From positions 1,047,221 through 1,079,220 of the forward strand of contig OY763044.2 in NCBI GenBank assembly GCA_963666825.2: DNA of 32,000 nt, in the 5' to 3' direction. The DNA is from an uncultured Saccharicrinis sp. Lineage in GTDB: Bacteria; Bacteroidota; Bacteroidia; Bacteroidales; Marinilabiliaceae. The translations under genes and the position numbers were made by a program. Under the pieces are notes generated by a model. It made no database searches. It was not told the DNA's origin and saw only the letters and a program-made list of their open reading frames with translations. Shown here piece by piece: positions 9,455 to 16,694 of this stretch. The stretch's first letter is position 1. The number at the start of each line of letters is the position of its first letter.

Positions 9455-9883
9455 ATGAAATTTAGTACTAAAATAAGATATGGGATTAGAGCTATGGTAT
9501 CTATTGCCAGTGAGCATTCTGGTAACGGTGTTTTTCAAAAGGAAATAGCCGAAAATCAGATGATTTCCATCAAGTATCTGGACCAGATTATAAGTGCTTT
9601 AAAGGCTGCTGAATTGATCGTAAATGTTAGAGGTAAAAAGAGTGGATATATTCTGACAAAAGAGCCTTCTGAAATTAAAATGCTTGATATATACAGTGCT
9701 TTTGAAGGTGGAATTTATGTAATAGATTGTTTGAATGATGCTGTGCAATGTGATTTTCAAGATAAATGTAAATCATTGTTGTTTTGGGAAAGTTTAAATA
9801 AACTAATTCATAATTATTTTACAACAGTCACCTTGCAAGATGTACTGGATGGTAAGATGCCTGCTGAGATAAATTTATTATAA
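9455..9883 (+). CDS. Rrf2-family transcriptional regulator with a three-Cys (Fe-S type) motif
   Basis: N-terminal MKFSTKIRYGIRAMVSIA plus a winged-HTH (FQKEIAENQMISIKYLDQIISALKAAELI). C92-X6-C99-X5-C105 sits at the position of the IscR/NsrR cluster ligands. The gene starts 10 nt after the preceding gene. Confidence 0.9.
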   Translation: MKFSTKIRYGIRAMVSIASEHSGNGVFQKEIAENQMISIKYLDQIISALKAAELIVNVRGKKSGYILTKEPSEIKMLDIYSAFEGGIYVIDCLNDAVQCDFQDKCKSLLFWESLNKLIHNYFTTVTLQDVLDGKMPAEINLL

Positions 9884-9887
9884 AAAG

Positions 9888-9920
9888 AAACGCTACCAAC
9901 TTATCGTAGGTAGCGTTTTT
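9888..9920. terminator. bidirectional rho-independent terminator between the convergent Rrf2 gene and TonB-dependent receptor 1
   Basis: AAACGCTACC / GGTAGCGTTT 10-bp stem flanked by an A-run on one side and a T-run on the other. Confidence 0.8.
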
Positions 9921-9943
9921 ACTTTATAATTATATTGTTAAAT

Positions 9944-12325
9944 CTATAAGTTGATATTAAAACCAGCTAAGTATAGAGCTCCTATTTTATCCATGAAAAC
10001 ATATTCTTGAGTATCATTATCAAGTACATTTCTTGCATTTATAAATACGTTAATATTTTCGCTTACCTTATAGTTTACTTTAGTATTTAATAAAAATTTA
10101 CCATTTATATGTCCTGTGTATTTAGGATCAGCAGGTCTTGAAGAGCTTGTGTCGTATTGACTATATAAATAGTATTTGTCGTAATAGTATCCCTGAGCTG
10201 TAATATCCATTTTTTTGAATGGTTTATAGGTTAGAGCAAGACTGCCCCAAAATGTAGGAATAGCTTCATTATCCACATCGTCTTTATAATTATCTTTTGA
10301 TGGTTGAGCATCTGATGTGTAATATGCCTTAGGTGGAGTACCAGTTGCATAATATGCTACAACATCTGTTTGAAGTGCGATTGTATTTTCTGTTCCTTGA
10401 ATTAAAGCAATATCATTTCTATTGTAATCCATAAAATTGTCTACAGTAGTTTTTTGATAGGTAACATGAGCTTTCATAAAAAGTTTTTCAGATAGAACCA
10501 TATCAGCACTAATCGTTAATCCATATTGTTTACTCTCGATATCTAAGGGTCTATGAGATGTGTATAAAGTTGTTTTAGGATTAATATTGTAGTTAGCATC
10601 GTAAACAACAGTTCTCATACTATCTGGCATTAAAGCACTAAAGTCTTTGGCTGTATTGTAAAAAGCTTCAATATCAATTAGTAATTTTTTGGATGGACGT
10701 GTTCTGAATCCTAGTTCTATCATATCCATCGTCATTAGGTTGGGATTGTCACTTCCTGAAAAACGTACATACTCTGGAGATCCTAAACCATCACGATCCC
10801 ATGTATAATTACTAAAGGCATTAATCATAAAAGTACTTTGATTTGCTCTGGAGTAAACAGCTCTTACTAAGTTGTTATCATTAATTTTATAAGATGCAAT
10901 AAATTGATAAGATGGTTTCCATTCGTCAGGAACATTGTATTTTTCTGTTCGAAGAGCAGCTACTAACCTTAGTTTTTCAATTGGGTTATAATCAAAGCGT
11001 GCACTTACAGCATAGTTTCTTAGTGCAACTCTTTTATTGAAATATCCATCACCAATATTATCAATGTAATCTCTGTCATCATAATAAACCGACTGGTAAC
11101 TTAAGCCTGGACGTATATTTAATTTATTAAATTTTAATAGGTAGTCAAGTGAGATATTATATTGTTCAGTAGCTTGAACCCAACCTTTGTGCCCTTTATT
11201 AAAGTTCTGAATTACATTGTTTGAAGCCATTTGTAGGTTGAAACCATAAATGTTCCCAATCAGATTAGTGTAATAACCGTAAGATAAACGATCGTTATAT
11301 GGAGTTGGATTATCACCAATTGTTGAAGTACAAGCCAGATCATCTAAATATCCTGCACTTAAATTAAATGATAAATCATCATTTGCTTTAAAATCAACAT
11401 AAGCGTTTACGCCCATCTTTTCTTTAGCTCTTCCTGAATCATCAAAAAGTTCAGATGCAACATCATTACTCCATTTTAAATCATCATTTCTTTGTCCGTA
11501 TGTTTCCAGATCAAGATATTCATCATCATAAAAAGCATATATTTTATCAGTGTATCTGTCACGTTGTTCAAAATAATATGCAACTCCAGCAGCAAACTTG
11601 TCATTAAAACTTTTGCGGATACTAAAATCTCCGATATAAGAAGATAAAGAACCTGCTTGAAAATTAGCTGAAACAAGAGGTGATTCTGTAGATGTCTTTT
11701 TCGAGATAAGGTTTATTACACCATTTACGGCATTAGGTCCATATAATGCACTGCAGGGTCCTCTTACAATCTCAATTCTATCTAATTCACCTAGACTAAT
11801 TGGAAGAGTTTCCCATAGTATTCCTCCCATACCATAATTAAATACAGGTCGACCGTCGATCATTACTAAAGTTGTAGTGTTTTCTGCGTAGATTAACATG
11901 TTATTCATTGGCATGTTTTGCCCACCTCTAATCTGTACATCATAGTTACCATTTGTTTTTTCGCGAACAATTACGCCTGGAACCATTCTTAATGCCTCTT
12001 CTATCGAGGTTGCACCATTGGTTATTATCTCGTCATAACTTAATACTGTAGTTGATAAAGGTGAGTCAAATAAACTTTCCTCAGATTTAGATGCAGATGT
12101 TACATCTTTATTCAATAGCATTTCATATAACTCTTCCATTGTAGATGCACCTACAATATCCATAAGTTTCATGATCTCTTCCAAATCATAGGCAGATAGT
12201 TCCTCTATGTTCATTTGTAAAACTTCTTCGCGAGAAAGTGTATTTACATCTTTTTTTGTTTCCTGGGCAAATATTGATATCGAAAACATCAATATGAATA
12301 GGGCGTATAAATATTTATTTATCAT
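9944..12325 (-). CDS. TonB-dependent outer-membrane receptor (paralogue 1) with an acidic N-terminal extension
   Basis: Signal peptide present. Plug motifs EEALRMVPGVIV, LVMIDGRPV and DRIEIVRGPCSALYGPNAVNGVINLI are followed by a ~600-aa barrel. There is no SusC-type carboxypeptidase-regulatory domain and no SusD neighbour. Confidence 0.9.
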   Translation of the reverse strand: MINKYLYALFILMFSISIFAQETKKDVNTLSREEVLQMNIEELSAYDLEEIMKLMDIVGASTMEELYEMLLNKDVTSASKSEESLFDSPLSTTVLSYDEIITNGATSIEEALRMVPGVIVREKTNGNYDVQIRGGQNMPMNNMLIYAENTTTLVMIDGRPVFNYGMGGILWETLPISLGELDRIEIVRGPCSALYGPNAVNGVINLISKKTSTESPLVSANFQAGSLSSYIGDFSIRKSFNDKFAAGVAYYFEQRDRYTDKIYAFYDDEYLDLETYGQRNDDLKWSNDVASELFDDSGRAKEKMGVNAYVDFKANDDLSFNLSAGYLDDLACTSTIGDNPTPYNDRLSYGYYTNLIGNIYGFNLQMASNNVIQNFNKGHKGWVQATEQYNISLDYLLKFNKLNIRPGLSYQSVYYDDRDYIDNIGDGYFNKRVALRNYAVSARFDYNPIEKLRLVAALRTEKYNVPDEWKPSYQFIASYKINDNNLVRAVYSRANQSTFMINAFSNYTWDRDGLGSPEYVRFSGSDNPNLMTMDMIELGFRTRPSKKLLIDIEAFYNTAKDFSALMPDSMRTVVYDANYNINPKTTLYTSHRPLDIESKQYGLTISADMVLSEKLFMKAHVTYQKTTVDNFMDYNRNDIALIQGTENTIALQTDVVAYYATGTPPKAYYTSDAQPSKDNYKDDVDNEAIPTFWGSLALTYKPFKKMDITAQGYYYDKYYLYSQYDTSSSRPADPKYTGHINGKFLLNTKVNYKVSENINVFINARNVLDNDTQEYVFMDKIGALYLAGFNINL

Positions 12326-12334
12326 TTGTGTTGT

Positions 12335-12838
12335 TTATTTTATTTCAATTCCTAGGGCTATAAGTTTTTGATCTACATTCAATTTGTGCGATATGATGTT
12401 TTGTCGAGAAATTTCATATTGCATTTTACCTCCTTGTAATGTGTAGTTTATACCAGCTCCTTTATTACATGCATTAGAGTTTTCGCAAATAATAAGTGTG
12501 GGTTTATTGGAGAAATAGTTTTTAGCTTCATCTATAGTTGAAGACTTTGATGGCGGGATGTAAAAAATATTTGCATCAGAGGCATCTTTTATATCTTTTA
12601 CGCTTTTAACAACAATGGTTCGGTTGTTTATTTTTCGCGCTCCGGCTAGTTTATTTAGTTCTGGAATTATTTCATCATTTCCAAGAATTCCAATGATGAA
12701 TTCTTCTTGATTTGATTGATTAGGCCATTCAATATATTTAGCAAAGTTAAACATAAACAATGCTTTAAACATTGATTGTTGCCCAGATATGGATAATGAT
12801 ATAAAAATCATTGCCACAACTATTAATCTTTTCTTCAT
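12335..12838 (-). CDS. YfiR-like (DUF4154) periplasmic protein, paralogue 1
   Basis: Signal peptide, then FKALFMFNFAKYIEWP (the family-typical xNFxKYVEWP block). The C-terminal MQYEISRQNIISHKLNVDQKLIALG aligns with ITFEANLDSIARSGVRVHPSVLKLA of P. aeruginosa YfiR as I recall it. Its stop lies 9 nt before the receptor start. Confidence 0.75.
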   Translation of the reverse strand: MKKRLIVVAMIFISLSISGQQSMFKALFMFNFAKYIEWPNQSNQEEFIIGILGNDEIIPELNKLAGARKINNRTIVVKSVKDIKDASDANIFYIPPSKSSTIDEAKNYFSNKPTLIICENSNACNKGAGINYTLQGGKMQYEISRQNIISHKLNVDQKLIALGIEIK

Positions 12839-12871
12839 GGTTGAGATTTTTGTTCTGGATTAATTATCAAT

Positions 12872-12881
12872 TGCGTATTCG
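12872..12881 (-). promoter_or_regulatory. conserved 10-mer (CGAATACGCA on the coding strand) in the leader of module 1; identical copy at 16043-16052
   Basis: TGCGTATTCG is exactly identical in both module leaders. In both it is preceded (coding sense) by AACCTTTT at an 11-12 nt distance and followed by AAAAA(T/C)CTCAA. Confidence 0.35.
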
Positions 12882-12924
12882 TAACATTTGGGAAAAGGTT
12901 TCAGGTAAATGAAATATTTATATC

Positions 12925-12955
12925 AGGCAGGAAATTAGTGAATTAGTTCCTGCCT
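12925..12955 (-). terminator. hairpin between the two YfiR-like/receptor modules (no clear U-tract)
   Basis: AGGCAGGAA / TTCCTGCCT 9-bp stem with a 13-nt loop, 12 nt downstream of the receptor-2 stop. Confidence 0.4.
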
Positions 12956-12966
12956 AAAGAATATTA

Positions 12967-15486
12967 TTAAAATTTAAAGTTTACACCTGCAAAAATCATG
13001 ATTGGCATTTTATCCATGTAAGCAAATTCATTAGAATCCTGATTTAATAAGTTTTTACCAGTAATGTGGAAAGCCAAATTTTCAGTTGCCTTATAGGATA
13101 CCTTTGTATTGAAAATTATTTTACTATCAATGTCTACGTTTCCATATTGATTTTCAAATGTTTGATCTCCATAGAAATAAGCATTTGGTAAAATTTCAAT
13201 TTTTTTACAAGGACGATAAGTTATTGATAGTCCACCATAATATGATGGTGTAGCTTTGTGTTCGTAGTTGTTTTTATAGTTGTCAGGAACAGCATCTGTA
13301 GTGCTTGCAATAACATAATCAACCTGAGTTGGATCAATAGTTCCTCCTAATACTCCTGCTCCAAATTCTGTTAATGCACTTCCAATTTTTGTTTCCAGGT
13401 CAGGATCGTACATCATTGAACCAGCTTGATATGTAACAACATCATCACGACTTACTTGATTATAGTTATCTAGTTTTGTTTGTTGAACTGAGATATGTCC
13501 ATTCAATATTAATTTTTCAGATATAATCCAGTCTGCTGATATTGAAATACCTTTTTGTTTGCTTACCAAATCCATGTTCATGTATTGCATATTTACAATT
13601 CCATTTACATCAGGAGTTGCTAGTCCGCCTATTACAGCTAAAGGATTAAATACAGCTAGTGAAGTTTGAGCAGGCATTAAAGCTCCAAAGTTTTCAGATT
13701 TATTATAATAAGCTTCAAAATCTATTAATATGTTTTTAGCAGGACGAACTCTGTATCCTAGTTCAAACATGTCAGTGGTCATCAAATCATAGTTTTTATC
13801 ACCATCAAACTGCATTACTTTAGGAAAAGATCGATTAACAATATTCCATGTGTAATTAGAGTGTGCATTTACAAGAAATGGAGATTGATTTGCTCTTGAA
13901 TATACTAAACGAAATAAATGGTTGTCATTTAATTTATATGAACCAATAAATTGCCACGAAGTATATAAGTCATCTGGGTGATTATATTTTTCAGTTCTTA
14001 ATGCAGCAATAAAACGAAGTTTTTCAGTTGGTTTATAATCAAAACGTAAACTACCAGCCATAATTTCAATGTCTTTTCTTCCATTTAAATATCCTCTGCC
14101 TGTTGATAGAATATAAGGTGAATCGTCATATGAAATATGTTGATAGTTAATTCCTGGACGGATATCAAGCTTATCAAGTTTTAAGTTGTATTCAGCTAGG
14201 GCATTGTATTGTCGAAGGTCTAATTCAAAACCTTCATTTCCTGTCATATAGTCAATGTCTCCGCCGTTGTAGTTTGCTTGTAAAGTAAAATCTTTAATTT
14301 GAGCTCTTAAATCAATGTAGCCTGTTTTCGAGATCTTACCTGAATATGGAGTTGGCATGTCACCCATAGTTGATGTCAAAATATCAGAATTTTGATATCC
14401 TCCATTAATGCTAATACTTGATGTAGTATTAGGTGTTAATTCCAGGTATCCGTTTATAGCATATCTTTCTTTAGAATTTTCTGGATGAAGAAAAATATCA
14501 TCAGGGCCATAAATGGTAATGATTTCTCCATCATCATTTGTTCCTGTTTCGCCTACTTCAGGAAATACTTTGTATGAATTTCCATTGTCAACAGCATATA
14601 AATTTCTTAGTTGTTCCATTGAGTAATATCCATTACCTACAGACTCACCATTAAGCAGATATTTATTAGAACCATCACTGTTTAATCCATTGTAAACATA
14701 GATTTTATCGGTTTCTCTGTCTCTGGTTTCGTAATTTGCAGTGATACCAAAAGCGAGGATATTATTTACTTGTTTGCGGAAGGCCACATCGCCAATGTAA
14801 GAATTCATACTTCCTGCTTGCAGATTTCCTGAAACAAGTGGCGTTTCATTAGTGATATCAACTGTAATAATATTGATAACACCCGATACTGCATTAGGAC
14901 CATATAAAGCACTTGACGGACCTCGAACAACTTCAATGCGGTCAACATCTTCAAAACTTACAGGTAATGATTCCCATAATGTACCACCATGAGAGTAGTT
15001 AAATACTGGTCGGCCATTAATCATTACAAGTGTTTGAGAGTTTTCAGAGTAAAGCATCATATTTTTACCCGGTATGTTGTCATTACCTCTGATATGAACA
15101 TCAAAATTCCCGTTTGTTTTTTCACGAACTATTACACCCGGAACCATTCTTAATGCTTCTTCAAAACAAGTTGCTCCGGAAGCAAGAATTTCATCATGGC
15201 TGAGTACGGTTGTAGAAAGAGGTGAATCAAATAAGCTTTCTTCGGATTTTGATGCAGATGTAACATCTTTATTTAAAAGTAATTCATATAATTCTTCAAT
15301 GGTAGAAGCGCCAACAATATCCATCAATTTCATGATTTCTTCTAAATCGTAGGCAGATAATTCTTCTATGTCCATTTGTAACACTTCCTCCCTGGTAAGT
15401 GTATTTACATCTTTTTTTGTTTCTTGAGCATATACCGACAATGAAAATATCAGTATTAGCACTAGTGATATATATTTATTTAACAT
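12967..15486 (-). CDS. TonB-dependent outer-membrane receptor (paralogue 2) with the same acidic N-terminal extension
   Basis: Same architecture as 9944-12325. Plug motifs EEALRMVPGVIV, LVMINGRPV and DRIEVVRGPSSALYGPNAVSGVINII are present. It ends in a C-terminal …GVNFKF. Confidence 0.9.
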   Translation of the reverse strand: MLNKYISLVLILIFSLSVYAQETKKDVNTLTREEVLQMDIEELSAYDLEEIMKLMDIVGASTIEELYELLLNKDVTSASKSEESLFDSPLSTTVLSHDEILASGATCFEEALRMVPGVIVREKTNGNFDVHIRGNDNIPGKNMMLYSENSQTLVMINGRPVFNYSHGGTLWESLPVSFEDVDRIEVVRGPSSALYGPNAVSGVINIITVDITNETPLVSGNLQAGSMNSYIGDVAFRKQVNNILAFGITANYETRDRETDKIYVYNGLNSDGSNKYLLNGESVGNGYYSMEQLRNLYAVDNGNSYKVFPEVGETGTNDDGEIITIYGPDDIFLHPENSKERYAINGYLELTPNTTSSISINGGYQNSDILTSTMGDMPTPYSGKISKTGYIDLRAQIKDFTLQANYNGGDIDYMTGNEGFELDLRQYNALAEYNLKLDKLDIRPGINYQHISYDDSPYILSTGRGYLNGRKDIEIMAGSLRFDYKPTEKLRFIAALRTEKYNHPDDLYTSWQFIGSYKLNDNHLFRLVYSRANQSPFLVNAHSNYTWNIVNRSFPKVMQFDGDKNYDLMTTDMFELGYRVRPAKNILIDFEAYYNKSENFGALMPAQTSLAVFNPLAVIGGLATPDVNGIVNMQYMNMDLVSKQKGISISADWIISEKLILNGHISVQQTKLDNYNQVSRDDVVTYQAGSMMYDPDLETKIGSALTEFGAGVLGGTIDPTQVDYVIASTTDAVPDNYKNNYEHKATPSYYGGLSITYRPCKKIEILPNAYFYGDQTFENQYGNVDIDSKIIFNTKVSYKATENLAFHITGKNLLNQDSNEFAYMDKMPIMIFAGVNFKF

Positions 15487-15500
15487 GGATTTGTCTTCAA

Positions 15501-16004
15501 TTATTTTACTTCAATTCCTAAAGAGATTAATTTTTGGTCAACTTTTAATTGGTGAGATTCAATGTTTTTTCTACAAATCTCATACTTTAGTTTTCCTTCT
15601 AGTAAAGTGTAGTTAATTGCAGTACCATCTGCACATGCACCCTTTTTTTCACTAACAATTAATGTTGGTTTGTTGTTAAAAAAAGAAACGACTTCACTTA
15701 TGTTACCTGATTTAGATTCAGGAATAAAAAATAATTGAGCATTAGATACTTCAGAGGGAGATTTAACACTCTTTACAACAATGCTTTTGTTGTTAATTTT
15801 TTTTGAACTGGCTAGCTTTTTAAGCTCAGTAACAATATCATCATTACCATAAACACCAATGACGAACTCATTTTGATTTGATAGGTTGGGCCATTCAATG
15901 TATTTTGCAAAATTAAACATAAATAGTGCTTTAAACATTGATTGTTGGCCGGTTAGGGATAATGTCAGAACCAACATTACCAATACAGTCAACTTTTTCT
16001 TCAT
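15501..16004 (-). CDS. YfiR-like (DUF4154) periplasmic protein, paralogue 2
   Basis: 167 aa, colinear without indels with the 12335-12838 product and sharing the same FKALFMFNFAKYIEWPN block. Its stop lies 14 nt before the receptor-2 start. Confidence 0.75.
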   Translation of the reverse strand: MKKKLTVLVMLVLTLSLTGQQSMFKALFMFNFAKYIEWPNLSNQNEFVIGVYGNDDIVTELKKLASSKKINNKSIVVKSVKSPSEVSNAQLFFIPESKSGNISEVVSFFNNKPTLIVSEKKGACADGTAINYTLLEGKLKYEICRKNIESHQLKVDQKLISLGIEVK

Positions 16005-16042
16005 TTTAATAATTTGAGGTTTTTATTGTTTTATGTGATGCA

Positions 16043-16052
16043 TGCGTATTCG
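16043..16052 (-). promoter_or_regulatory. second copy of the conserved leader 10-mer (module 2)
   Basis: TGCGTATTCG lies 39-48 nt upstream of the 16004 start. AAAAGGTT is at 16065-16072, as at 12893-12900. Confidence 0.35.
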
Positions 16053-16421
16053 ATACTAAAAAGTAAAAGGTTACCTTATTTAGATGAAATTAATATTAAA
16101 ATAATAAGGTATAATCAGTATAAAATGTGGTTTAAACTAAAGCTACCCCATATAGGATAATAGTAGTTGAGGTTTTGTTGTTTAATAATATATTGAAAAT
16201 AAGAATGATGTATGTTTTCTTGAATCGATTTGTTGCATTGTGTTTAGAAAAAAAGTTTGAGTTATTATATGAGTGTTATTTAGTTGAATTTGTAGTAAGT
16301 TTTGATAAACGCTCTGTTTTTTTACATTAAAATTAAAACATTAAGCACTTTCACGTGTTTAATTTCCCTTTTGTTAAGAAAAAATATTGGTTTATAAATA
16401 TATCATTTCTCAACAATTATT

Positions 16422-16429
16422 TACCTTTG
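16422..16429 (+). promoter_or_regulatory. candidate -7 promoter box (TACCTTTG) for tnaA, implying a ~260-nt leader
   Basis: This is the only exact TAnnTTTG match I found on the + strand of the 690-bp intergenic region. Confidence 0.35.
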
Positions 16430-16694
16430 CAGAGAAATCATTTTAAAAAGAAATTTTGGAAACACTTATGAAAATATTATCATTTTTGCCACTTCATCGG
16501 TTCCAGAATATTAAAAACAGAGATTCTTTTTGCAAATAAATTCCATTGTAAGACTACTTTAAGATATCTTACAAAACTCAGTTTTATTATTTATTGTCAG
16601 TTTTAAGATTATGATATCAATTGATCTTTAGTGATTAATTGGATTGTTATCTGTATGCTGATGTTATGTTTAATTGTGACATTATTATCATTAA

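Noticed and set aside
9944-9946. Receptor 1 ends in Leu (…GFNINL) rather than the usual aromatic C-terminal residue, read as a sign of a truncated pseudogene
   Set aside because: The barrel is full length and colinear with the paralogue to the end. A strong terminator follows immediately. A non-aromatic terminal residue alone is not evidence of decay.
12335-12838. Annotating the YfiR-like genes as part of a canonical yfiBNR c-di-GMP module
   Set aside because: No YfiN-type GGDEF protein and no YfiB-type OmpA/Pal-like lipoprotein gene is present anywhere in the window. Only the family resemblance to YfiR is supported.
9944-15486. Interpreting the two TonB-dependent receptors as SusC-type components of polysaccharide utilisation loci
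   Set aside because: There is no SusD-like lipoprotein gene downstream, no N-terminal carboxypeptidase-regulatory domain, and no glycoside hydrolases nearby. The partner gene is a YfiR-like protein instead.
16468-16539. 23-codon uORF as a TnaC-type tryptophan-sensing leader peptide
   Set aside because: The peptide contains no Trp and shows no similarity to TnaC. It is kept only as a generic uORF/hairpin observation. A second mini-ORF with Trp (MWFKLKLPHIG, from 16125) lies upstream of the only plausible promoter and ~570 nt from tnaA.
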